NCBI GenBank assembly: GCA_031367385.1
Contig: JANLPS010000055.1
Location: 20,098-84,097, forward strand
Direction: 5' to 3'
Source of the DNA: Archangium sp.
Lineage (GTDB): Bacteria > Myxococcota > Myxococcia > Myxococcales > Myxococcaceae
DNA: 64,000 nucleotides
The notes under the pieces are model-generated. The model was not told the origin of the DNA and ran no database searches. It saw nothing but the letters and a program-made list of their open reading frames with translations. Of this stretch, positions 17,990 through 26,818 are shown piece by piece. Within the stretch, counting starts at the first letter, position 1, and each line of letters opens with the position of its first letter. The translations under genes and the position numbers were made by a program.

Positions 17990-19471
17990 CTACCGGTTGG
18001 TCTTGATGCCCGGAGGGTTCGGCTGAACCGCGGCCCGCGCCTTCTTCTTCAGCACCACGGTCAACGCTGGGTCGGTGCTCTCGCTCAACGTCTGCTGCGA
18101 GGGCTCGTACCCGTCGGCGGTCAGCCGCAACAACGTCGGCAACTTGGCGAGCTCGAGCCGCACTTCGAGCGGCGTCAGCCCCTTCTTGTCACCACCGATT
18201 TCGACCTCAGCGCCGCTCGGCTCGCTCTGCAGCGAGAGCACCATCGTCTCGACCTTGGCCGGCGTCTCGACCTTCGGCACCGTCGCCTTGGCCACTTCGA
18301 CCGGCGGCTGGGTGATGGGCTTGGGCGCCACCTCGGGGCTGCGCAGCGCGTACCAGGCACCTCCACCGATGAGCCCGAGCACGGCCACCGCGGCCAAAAT
18401 CTTCGGCACGCTCAGCCCGCCCTCAGCGGCCGGTGGCGCTGCGCCGGTCTGCCGCTCGACCTTGGTGCGTGAGCCCGTCGCGACCGGGCCCCCTGCGTCC
18501 ATCGCGGTGAGCCCGGAGTCTTCTTCGAGCGTCTTGGGGTCGGCCTCTTTCGCGATGCGCTCGGAATAAATCGACTGCATGAACGACGCGAGGTGCGCGC
18601 TCGAGGCGGGTATCGAGTTGTTCAGCGCGAACTCCTCGAGCGCCATTCGAAACTCACCCGCGTCGGCGTACCGGTCGTTCGCTGACTTGGCCAACGCCTT
18701 GAGCACGATCTCATCGAGCTCAGGAGAGATGTTCGGGTCGATGCTCGACGGCCTGGGCACCACGCACGCCTTCACCAGGCGCTGGGTCTGCAGGTCACTC
18801 TCACCCTTGAACAGCCGCTTGCCGCACAGCTGCTCCCACAACACGATGCCCAGCGCGAACACGTCGCTGCGCGGGTCGAGGTCGAGGCCGTCGGCCTGCT
18901 CCGGCGACATGTAGGGAAATTTGCCCTTCAAGATGCCGGTCGCGGTGTGTTGGGCGCGGCCGATCGCCTTGGCCACACCGAAGTCGATCAACTTCACCGA
19001 GCCATCGAAGCCGATCAAAATGTTCTGCGGAGACACGTCGCGGTGCACCAACCCCAGCGGCGCGCCCTTCGAGTCTTTGGCCTTGTGCGCGAAGTCGAGC
19101 CCCGCCGCGGCGTCGGCGATGACGCGCAGAATCACGCCCAACGGCACCGGCACTTGGGTCTGCGCCGAGACTTTCTCGAGGCGGCGCAGGTCTTCGCCGG
19201 CCACGTACTCCATCTCGATGAAGTGCACGTTCTGCTCGACGCCGAACTCGTTGATGCGCGCGATGTTCGGGTGGTCGAGGCGCATCGTGATCTTCGCCTC
19301 GTCGCGGAACATGGTGAAGAACTCTTCGTCTTCGACCAGGTGCGGCAAGATGCGCTTGATCACCACCAGCTTCTCGAAGCCCTCGGCGCCTTTGCGAGCC
19401 AGCAACACCTGGCCCATGCCACCCGCGGCAATCTTTCGAATCAGCTCGTAACGCCCGAAGGGTATGCCCAT
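17990..19471 (-). CDS. Ser/Thr protein kinase with TM and PEGA domain
   Basis: IAAGGMG, HRDVSPQN, DFG, YMSPEQ; SEPSGAEV...G.TP. Confidence 0.95.
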   Translation of the reverse strand: MGIPFGRYELIRKIAAGGMGQVLLARKGAEGFEKLVVIKRILPHLVEDEEFFTMFRDEAKITMRLDHPNIARINEFGVEQNVHFIEMEYVAGEDLRRLEKVSAQTQVPVPLGVILRVIADAAAGLDFAHKAKDSKGAPLGLVHRDVSPQNILIGFDGSVKLIDFGVAKAIGRAQHTATGILKGKFPYMSPEQADGLDLDPRSDVFALGIVLWEQLCGKRLFKGESDLQTQRLVKACVVPRPSSIDPNISPELDEIVLKALAKSANDRYADAGEFRMALEEFALNNSIPASSAHLASFMQSIYSERIAKEADPKTLEEDSGLTAMDAGGPVATGSRTKVERQTGAAPPAAEGGLSVPKILAAVAVLGLIGGGAWYALRSPEVAPKPITQPPVEVAKATVPKVETPAKVETMVLSLQSEPSGAEVEIGGDKKGLTPLEVRLELAKLPTLLRLTADGYEPSQQTLSESTDPALTVVLKKKARAAVQPNPPGIKTNR

Positions 19472-19504
19472 GATCGTCGTCGCACCCTACTCTGTCGCAG
19501 CGCC

Positions 19505-20263
19505 CTACGTCTTGAGCTTGTAACCCGTGCTGAGCATTCGCCAGGCCACGCCAGTCGCCAGCACCGAGAGCGCCACCAACAGGCCCAACCCCAGCCAAGA
19601 CCCCTCTTCGAGCCCCAACATCCCCGCCCGCAACCCCTCGACCATGTGAACGACCGGGTTGAACAGGCTGATGGTTCGAAACGGTTCCGGCAGGTTTCGA
19701 ACTGAGTAGAAAACTCCGCCCAAGAAGGTCAGCGGCAACATCAAGAACGTGGGGAAGAAGTTGATCTGCTCGAACTTTTCGGCCCACACCCCGGCGATCA
19801 ACCCCAACACCGCGAACACATACGCCGACAGCACCAAGAAGACCAAGGTGCCCAGCGCGTGTGCCAGGTGCGGCCCGGTGAAGAGCATCGCGACGCCCCA
19901 GGTGAGCACCCCGACCAGCAGGCCCCGAACCATCGCGCCGGTGATGAAGCCCACCAGCAGCTCGGCCGCCCCCAGCGGAGCGACCAGCAAATCGACCAAC
20001 GTGCCCTGTATTTTGCAGATGAAGAACGAGCTCGAGGAGTTCAAAAACGCGTTGTTGGCGATGCCTAAGAACACCAGCCCGGGCACGATGTAGGCAGCAT
20101 ACGAGTACCCTTCGATCATCTGCTGGCGGCCACCGAGCGTGTAGCCGAAGACGATGAAGTAGAGCGAGGTGCTGATCAGCGGCTGCAACACGGTCTGGCC
20201 GGGCACCCGCATGAAGCGGCGAATCTCTTTCATCAGCAGCGTCTTGGTGCCGGTGACGTTCAC
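19505..20263 (-). CDS. ABC-2 transporter permease (YadH-like)
   Basis: KEIRRF, LYFIVFG, IVPGL, PLTFLGGVFYS, NP; GTGA overlap with the ATPase gene. Confidence 0.9.
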   Translation of the reverse strand: MNVTGTKTLLMKEIRRFMRVPGQTVLQPLISTSLYFIVFGYTLGGRQQMIEGYSYAAYIVPGLVFLGIANNAFLNSSSSFFICKIQGTLVDLLVAPLGAAELLVGFITGAMVRGLLVGVLTWGVAMLFTGPHLAHALGTLVFLVLSAYVFAVLGLIAGVWAEKFEQINFFPTFLMLPLTFLGGVFYSVRNLPEPFRTISLFNPVVHMVEGLRAGMLGLEEGSWLGLGLLVALSVLATGVAWRMLSTGYKLKT

Positions 20264-21195
20264 GCGACACCTCCGCGCAAGACGCGCAGCATCACTTCTT
20301 CGAGTCGCGAGGGCACCATGTTCACGTCGGCGACTGGCAACCCGGCTGAGATCAAGGCGCTCAGCACCTCTGCCGCGGGCCGGGTCGCGGTCGTCTCGTT
20401 GAAGGTGTAATTCAAGCCGGTCTCGTCGAGGGTCCCCGCCGTCACTGACGCCGGCAGCGCCAGCACTTTCGAGGCGAAGCGCACCTCGAGACGACGCTCG
20501 CCAAGCCGCTTCATCAGCGCGCCCTTCTCTTCGACCAGCAAGAGCTTGCCCTTGTCGATGATGCCCACGCGGTCGGCGAGCTCTTGCGCTTCTTCGAGGT
20601 AGTGGGTGGTCAGCACCACCGTGGTGCCCTCGGCGCGCAGGCGTCGCACGTACGCCCACAGGTCGCGGCGGAGCTCGACGTCGACTCCCGCGGTCGGCTC
20701 ATCGAGAAAGACCAGCTTCGGCCGGTGCACCAGCGCCTTGGCGATCAGCAGCCGCCGCTTCATGCCGCCTGAGAGCGTTCGGGTGGGCTCGTCGGCCTTC
20801 GAGTCGAGCGAGAGCGCTTTGAGCACCTCGAGCACTCGCGCGGGGTCTTGGGGCCGGCCGTAGTAGCCGAGCTGAATCGAGAGCAGCTCGCGCACGGTGA
20901 AGAAGGGGTCGAAGTTGAGCTCTTGCGGCACCAAACCGACCTCGTAGCGAGGCGTCACCGCGTCATGGTCGAGGTCAGTGCCGAAGAGCGAAATCGTGCC
21001 GCTGGTCTTCTTGACCAGGCCGCAAATGGCGCCGATCAGCGTGGTCTTGCCTGCGCCGTTCGGGCCCAGCAACGCGAAGATCTCGCCCGCCTCGATGCGC
21101 AACGAGACATCGGTCAGCGCGTTGAGCGTCGGGTACCGTTTGTTGAGCTTGGTGACTTCGAGAACCGGAGCAGACACGCCCCAGGCTTCGCACAC
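20260..21195 (-). CDS. ABC transporter ATP-binding protein (YadG-like)
   Basis: GPNGAGKTT, LSGGMKRR, LDEPTAGVD, THYLEEA. Confidence 0.95.
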   Translation of the reverse strand: MCEAWGVSAPVLEVTKLNKRYPTLNALTDVSLRIEAGEIFALLGPNGAGKTTLIGAICGLVKKTSGTISLFGTDLDHDAVTPRYEVGLVPQELNFDPFFTVRELLSIQLGYYGRPQDPARVLEVLKALSLDSKADEPTRTLSGGMKRRLLIAKALVHRPKLVFLDEPTAGVDVELRRDLWAYVRRLRAEGTTVVLTTHYLEEAQELADRVGIIDKGKLLLVEEKGALMKRLGERRLEVRFASKVLALPASVTAGTLDETGLNYTFNETTATRPAAEVLSALISAGLPVADVNMVPSRLEEVMLRVLRGGVA

Positions 21196-21235
21196 TTCAT
21201 TCGATTTCGCGTGCCGATTCAGCCACTGCTGAACC

Positions 21236-22402
21236 TCACCAGACGGTGAGCGCGTCGGCGATCAACGCTGATTCGTTGATGGTGCGCAGGCTCCAGGCAC
21301 CCTCTCGCCCCTGGTACCCGAAGGCCCGTAACGCCTTGGGGTTGTCGCCCACGGCATCGGTTCGGCGTGCATCGAAACGCGCGGGAGCGACGAAGCGCTC
21401 GACCCAGGCCGAAGTATCGACCCCTCGGCGGCGCTCCGCGTTCGACCTGGCACGACTGGCCACGTGGCAGCTCGCGCAGTCGATGGTCTTGGGCGACGAG
21501 AGCCCTGGGTTCTCGATGGTCAGCGCGCTCTTGAGCGCCTTGGTCAGGGTGCGGTCATCGGTCAGCCGCATCGAGCTCTCGCTGAGCAGCACCTTGAGCT
21601 GATCTCCAGGCGCGGCGGGCTGCAGATCGCCGTTGCGAAACTCGGTGGTGCCGAACTCCTGAACCCCTTGGGCCGTGAGCTCGCTCGTTCGCGGTATCGT
21701 CGCCTCGACCATCGCGCCGTCGACCAGGTCGAAGGCTCCGAAGCGCCAGGCGTTGCCGCCAGCCGCCACGTGCATGAACGCGACGCGGCGCAGGGTCTGC
21801 GGCGTGCACAACCGGCTGATCATCGCCTTCAGGGCGGTCGCGTAGGGCCCGCTGAGGCCTTCGACGCGCATCACCGGGTGCACCTCGAGCGGCCGGCCAT
21901 CGGTGCGCCCAGCGGCTTGGTCTCGCAGCTGGTGCAGGGCCTGAACGGCGCTGTCGAACTGCTCGGGCGACAGCTCGTAGAAGAGGTGAACCGTCGCGTC
22001 TTCGGTGGTGAGCTCGACACCGCCGTCATCGACCGTGGCCATCGGCTGTGCGACCAGGCGAATCTGTTTGATGCAGGTGGGTGCCGCCGGAGGCGTCGAC
22101 CCGGGGAAGCAGGGGTCGATGCGGGCTGAGACCACGCGAAGCGCGCCGTAGAGCTGATCAGCATCTCGGTCGTCGATCAGCAACGGTACTTGTGAATAGA
22201 GCGCTTGGGGCAGCAGCCCCTCGATGCCGAGCAGCTGCGACTCGACCGCCCTCGTCGCCGGCAGGGGGAAGAGGAACGACACGTCGTTCAAATCGAACCC
22301 GCCGTCGGAGTGGCCCAGGCCCGGCCCGGCATCGACCACCACGGGAGGCGTGAAACCCCCGCATGCGGTGATCAGCAAACACAGCGTGAATACGCGAACC
22401 AT
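21236..22402 (-). CDS. hypothetical lipoprotein with one CxxCH motif
   Basis: LLITA-C lipobox; DCASCH near the C-terminus. Confidence 0.7.
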   Translation of the reverse strand: MVRVFTLCLLITACGGFTPPVVVDAGPGLGHSDGGFDLNDVSFLFPLPATRAVESQLLGIEGLLPQALYSQVPLLIDDRDADQLYGALRVVSARIDPCFPGSTPPAAPTCIKQIRLVAQPMATVDDGGVELTTEDATVHLFYELSPEQFDSAVQALHQLRDQAAGRTDGRPLEVHPVMRVEGLSGPYATALKAMISRLCTPQTLRRVAFMHVAAGGNAWRFGAFDLVDGAMVEATIPRTSELTAQGVQEFGTTEFRNGDLQPAAPGDQLKVLLSESSMRLTDDRTLTKALKSALTIENPGLSSPKTIDCASCHVASRARSNAERRRGVDTSAWVERFVAPARFDARRTDAVGDNPKALRAFGYQGREGAWSLRTINESALIADALTVW

Positions 22403-22500
22403 GACCGCGCCGTGAGCAATCGGCGATCCACCTGTAAGCACCCGAAATAGCTCTGAAACTCGGGTGCTGTCGCCTCAGTTTTCTGCTGCTGGCTGTCGGC

Positions 22501-23007
22501 TCAAAGAAAATTCGCGGTGCCCCGAAAGCCCCCACTGAACCAGGCATACAAGCTGTGGCTCCCGAAGTCGTTCGTGATCACGGCGCTGCCGTAGGCCCCG
22601 ATGCCGAGTTTGTGGTCAACGGCCCACAGTGCGGCAAGGTCAACTTGACCGACCAACCCGTTGCCGGCACCTGTATCGCGTCGATACCCGACCCCCAAAT
22701 CGGCGCTCAGCCTCACGGGCCCCACAAGCGAATCGATGCCAATGAGCCCACCCGCGCGAATGACCTCACCCCTCGAAATGAACCCGTGCGTGACGAACAC
22801 ACCAGCCGAGAGCGGCCCGAAGAAACGATAGCGACCATCGACCCCGAGCTCGAACCCACTCCGGGGCTTTGGTTCTGGCCCGGCCGAGAAACCCGGATCG
22901 ATAGGCTCGGGTGGCAATTGCTGCACGTACCCACCCTGCACGCCCACTTGGAGCCTGGGTTCGCGCTGCGAGACCACCACCGCGATCACGAGCGCGGCGA
23001 GGCTCAT
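22501..23007 (-). CDS. hypothetical exported protein, probable small outer-membrane beta-barrel
   Basis: Signal peptide; alternating Gly/aromatic strands; ends GFRGTANFL. Confidence 0.6.
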   Translation of the reverse strand: MSLAALVIAVVVSQREPRLQVGVQGGYVQQLPPEPIDPGFSAGPEPKPRSGFELGVDGRYRFFGPLSAGVFVTHGFISRGEVIRAGGLIGIDSLVGPVRLSADLGVGYRRDTGAGNGLVGQVDLAALWAVDHKLGIGAYGSAVITNDFGSHSLYAWFSGGFRGTANFL

Positions 23008-23012
23008 GAGCG

Positions 23013-23555
23013 CTAAGCGCTTTGCGTCAGCTTGTTGCCGAGGTCTTGCAGCTGGCGCTTGAGCGAACCATCGAAGGTGCGTGACCCGACCTGCGCGACG
23101 ACGCCGCCGAGAATCGAGGGGTCGACCTTGGTCTCGAGCACCACGTTGCGCTGCGACATCGCCTCGAGCGACTGCTTGATCGCCAGCAACTGATCAGTGC
23201 CGAGCGTGGTCGCGCTGGTGACCTTGCCGCGCACGCGGCCGACGCTCACGTCGACCAGGTCACGGTACTGCTTGGCCAACACCGAAAGCACCGACGTGCG
23301 GTTGCGGTCGGTGAGTAGCTTGAGCAGGTTCACCAACGTCGGCTGCACGTTGCCGACGCTCTTGAAGATGGCCTCGAGTGCCGCGAGCCGCGTTGGGCGC
23401 GTAATCGCCGGGCTCGACACCGCCACCCAGACATCGTGGTTCGCCTCGAAGAAAGTGACCAGCGCCTCGAGCTGCACCAGAACGGCGTCGGCCTGAGGGC
23501 CAGCGGCGTCGAGCAGGGCACGGGCATAACGGCGGGCAATTGAGACGTTCTGCAT
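23013..23555 (-). CDS. atpH: F1 ATP synthase delta subunit
   Basis: IARRYARAL, NLLKLL...R, VTSA, VDPSILGGVVAQVG...DGSL. Confidence 0.93.
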   Translation of the reverse strand: MQNVSIARRYARALLDAAGPQADAVLVQLEALVTFFEANHDVWVAVSSPAITRPTRLAALEAIFKSVGNVQPTLVNLLKLLTDRNRTSVLSVLAKQYRDLVDVSVGRVRGKVTSATTLGTDQLLAIKQSLEAMSQRNVVLETKVDPSILGGVVAQVGSRTFDGSLKRQLQDLGNKLTQSA

Positions 23556-23651
23556 GCCGCGCGCCTAGCACGGCGTTTTCGGCGCGTCCAAGGCCATCGA
23601 GCGCGGTGTTTTTCATACCCATACATCGAAGCGTGTAGAGTTCTGCGCCCC

Positions 23652-25463
23652 ATGGAGCCTGTCATCGGCATCGACCTCGGCACCACCTACAGCGCGGTGG
23701 CGACCGTCGATCAAGGTCGCCCCTTCGTCATCCCCGGGCGGTCTGGCGCGCGGTTGACCCCATCGGTGGTCGGTTTCACGGCCCTGGGCGAGCGGGTGGT
23801 CGGCGAAAAAGCACAGGTCTTGGGCGATGAAGCGCCTGATCGCGTCGCTCCGGCGACCAAGCGGTACATCGGCAAGCGCTGGAGCGCCGAGCTCGCCGCC
23901 GCCGCCAAGCCCGTGGTGCCCTACCCCCTCATTCAAGGGCCCTCGGGCGAAGTGCGCATCAAGGTCGCCGGCCGGGTGATGCCGCTCACCCAGGTCAGCG
24001 CGATGTTGCTGGGCGAATTGAAGCTCGACGCCGAAGCGCACTTCGGTCGCAGCGTCTCGAAGTGCGTCATCACCGTGCCCGCCAACTTCAATGAAGGCCA
24101 GCGCGTCGCCACCCGAGAAGCCGCGCGCATCGCCGGCCTCGACGTGATGCGCATCGTCAACGAGCCGACCGCGGCGGCCATCGCCTACGGGCTCGTCAAC
24201 AGCTTCACCGGCCGCGCCCTCGTGTTCGACCTGGGCGGAGGCACCTTCGACGTCTCGATTCTCGAGATGGACAACGGCGTCTACGAAGTGAAAGCGACTG
24301 GCGGCGACCCCGGCCTGGGCGGCGATGACTTCGACGCGCGCATCGTTCAGTGGCTGGTCGCGCAGGTGCCCGACCTCTACCGCGAGGCAGTGCCAAAAGA
24401 TCGAATCTCGATGCAGCGCCTGCGGTACGCGGCTGAGCGCGCCAAGCGCACCCTCTCAGACAAGAGCGAAGCGTTCATCTCAGTCACCGATCTGGGCGAC
24501 CACGGTGAAGGCGCCGACCGCCACTTCTGCCAACTCGACACCGCGCTCACCCGCGATTTTCTCGAGATGCTCTCAGAGCCGCTCTCTCGCCGGTGTATCG
24601 AAGTGTGCGAGCAGGTGCTCGAGGCCGCCAAGCTCAAGCGCGAAGAGATTGAAGCGGTGATGCTGGTCGGAGGCATGACCCGCATGCCCCTCGTTCGCAA
24701 GCTGGTGCAACAATTCTTCAACCGGCCTCCGGTGATGGGCATCAACCCCGACGAGGCGGTCGCCCTCGGCGCGGCAGTTCATGCCGCCGAGCTCGCCTCG
24801 AAGCAGGGCACCACCGTGCTGATCGACGTCGCGACGCACTCGCTCTCGGTGGGCGTGCTGGGCGGTACCGTTCGCAAGTTGATCGCCAAGAACACCACCG
24901 TGCCCGCGGTGGCCAGAGACACCTTCTTGCCCAACCGCGCTGGCCAGACCTCGGCCCGCATCCCCGTGTTTCAGGGCGAGAGCGAATGGGCCGACGAGTG
25001 CACGCGGCTTGGTGAGCTGGTGCTCACAGACCTCACGGTGACCAACCGCGGCGAGGTGCCGATCGACGTGAGCTTCGAGCTCTCGAACGAGGGCACGCTC
25101 GCGGTGCGGGCGGTCGACCTGACCACTGGCATGGCCGAGGCGATTCGCATCGACGCGCGCACCACGCTGGCGCCGCAAGAGGTCGATACCCTCTCGGCCG
25201 AGCAGGCCGCGTACGCGAAGTCGCAGGGAGAAAAAGACAAGGCGCAGGCGATCGCCACCTTCCCCCGCATTCTCGACAAGGCCGAACGCCTGGTGCGATT
25301 GCTCGAGAAGAGCGCTGAAGAGAACCCCAGCGCCGAGGCCGATGGCGCGGTGGGGCAGGTGAAGTCGCTGCTCGCCCAAGGCCGCATCGCGGTGAGAATC
25401 GGAGACACCGCGCAGATGGCCGAGGTCACCCGATTGCTCGAGCGGCTGATCGCCGTCGTTTAG
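23652..25463 (+). CDS. Hsp70/DnaK family protein (paralog)
   Basis: GIDLGTT, TVPANF, NEPTAAA, DLGGGTFDVS, VGGMTRMP, NPDEAVALGAA. Confidence 0.93.
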   Translation: MEPVIGIDLGTTYSAVATVDQGRPFVIPGRSGARLTPSVVGFTALGERVVGEKAQVLGDEAPDRVAPATKRYIGKRWSAELAAAAKPVVPYPLIQGPSGEVRIKVAGRVMPLTQVSAMLLGELKLDAEAHFGRSVSKCVITVPANFNEGQRVATREAARIAGLDVMRIVNEPTAAAIAYGLVNSFTGRALVFDLGGGTFDVSILEMDNGVYEVKATGGDPGLGGDDFDARIVQWLVAQVPDLYREAVPKDRISMQRLRYAAERAKRTLSDKSEAFISVTDLGDHGEGADRHFCQLDTALTRDFLEMLSEPLSRRCIEVCEQVLEAAKLKREEIEAVMLVGGMTRMPLVRKLVQQFFNRPPVMGINPDEAVALGAAVHAAELASKQGTTVLIDVATHSLSVGVLGGTVRKLIAKNTTVPAVARDTFLPNRAGQTSARIPVFQGESEWADECTRLGELVLTDLTVTNRGEVPIDVSFELSNEGTLAVRAVDLTTGMAEAIRIDARTTLAPQEVDTLSAEQAAYAKSQGEKDKAQAIATFPRILDKAERLVRLLEKSAEENPSAEADGAVGQVKSLLAQGRIAVRIGDTAQMAEVTRLLERLIAVV

Positions 25464-25831
25464 CCGGGCTTGTTCTTTTCGAGCGCCTGAATGCGGTTCT
25501 CATGATCGCGAATCGCGCCCCGAAGGTTGCGGTCGGCAACGATGATCTCTTTCAGCTCGCCAATCGCTCCGACGACGGCGGTGAGCTCGGTCGCGAGTCG
25601 CACTTCGCTCCCTGTGTGTCGGCGCTCGAGGCTCTCGAGCCGAGAGTTGGTACCCCCGAGCCGAGAGTTCGTCTCGTCGATTCGCGAATTCGTCTCGTCG
25701 ATTCGTGAGTTCGTTTGATCGATTCGCGACGAGAGCTCGGTGCGGGTGAGCGTGATCTCGTCACGAATCTGCTGCAGCACTTTGATGGTGAGGTCTGTCA
25801 TCCGCACACCGCTATCATGCACCCCTGACAC
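25460..25831 (-). CDS. hypothetical coiled-coil protein with heptad repeat
   Basis: SRIDQTN/SRIDETN x2/SRLGGTN repeats; start 25831 or 25801. Confidence 0.65.
   Translation of the reverse strand: MSGVHDSGVRMTDLTIKVLQQIRDEITLTRTELSSRIDQTNSRIDETNSRIDETNSRLGGTNSRLESLERRHTGSEVRLATELTAVVGAIGELKEIIVADRNLRGAIRDHENRIQALEKNKPG
25637..25730. repeat. 21-bp in-frame tandem repeat (about 4.5 copies)
   Basis: Degenerate units such as GATTCGCGAATTCGTCTCGTC with period 21. Confidence 0.8.
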
Positions 25832-25855
25832 CTCCCCTTCTACCCCCCGGCGAAG

Positions 25856-26722
25856 TCAGTGCAGTTGCTCGGTCTCCTCGAGCCCCTGGTCATCGAGGGC
25901 TCGGCGAAAGCGCTCCTTCAACCGCTGCTCGATTTGGCGCAGCCGCTCGCGCGAGAGCTTGAAGCGCGCTCCGATGTCAGAGAGCGTCATCTCTTCGTCG
26001 TCGCTCATCAACCGGTCGGTCACCAGCGCCTTTTCGCGAGCATCGAGCGCCTGCCACACGCGCTGCAGCGTTTGGTTCACGATGGTCTCGCGCTCCCTGT
26101 CGCCCACTCGCTCTTCGGGCCCGGCTTGCTTGCAGGCCAGCAGGTCGAGCGCGGTGAAGTCGCCGTCTTCGCCCAGCGGGGCGTCGAGCGACGAGTCGCT
26201 GCTCGCGAGGCGCGCCGAGTGCACGCGAATGACCTCTTCACTGACGCCGAACTGCTCGGCCAGATACGCGTTGATGCCCTCGGCGTTCGCGCCGAACTTG
26301 GTCTCGGCCTTGGCCCTGGCCGAGCGCAGCTTGAAGAAGAACTTCGCACCCAACGCGCCAGTGGCAGCCGTCACGATGCTGGTTTGCCGCTGCGCACACG
26401 CCAACATGTGCGCCCGAACCCAGTACGTGGCGTAGGTCTTGAAACGCACTCCGCGGAGCTCGAACTTCTCGAGCGCCCGAAGCAGCCCGACGTTGCCCTC
26501 GGCCATCAACTCATCACGGGGCACGCCATAGCCGCGCAAGCGCTTCGCCAGCCGCAGCACCAGCGGCAGGTGCGCTTCGACCAGCGCATCACCGGCGCGG
26601 CGGTCGCGCTTGTTCACCCACTTCTTCGCCAGCACCAGCTCCTCGGCTTCACTGAGCTCGGGTTGGCGCTGCAGCTGGGCACAGTGTCGTTCGAAGGGGG
26701 TGTTCTGAGTCGTGTTGGTCAT
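25856..26722 (-). CDS. RNA polymerase sigma factor, RpoH/sigma-32-like
   Basis: EGNVGLLRALEKF, RFKTYATYWVR, RpoH-box-like KFFFKLR, SLDAPL, LSRERLRQIE. Confidence 0.9.
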   Translation of the reverse strand: MTNTTQNTPFERHCAQLQRQPELSEAEELVLAKKWVNKRDRRAGDALVEAHLPLVLRLAKRLRGYGVPRDELMAEGNVGLLRALEKFELRGVRFKTYATYWVRAHMLACAQRQTSIVTAATGALGAKFFFKLRSARAKAETKFGANAEGINAYLAEQFGVSEEVIRVHSARLASSDSSLDAPLGEDGDFTALDLLACKQAGPEERVGDRERETIVNQTLQRVWQALDAREKALVTDRLMSDDEEMTLSDIGARFKLSRERLRQIEQRLKERFRRALDDQGLEETEQLH

Positions 26723-26818
26723 AGGCCTCTCCTTGAGGTGGAGAAGTTCTATTCCCGGGTGATACTAAGAAATATTCGATAATCAACTACGGAACCATTG
26801 ATTAAATCGAACTATCGA

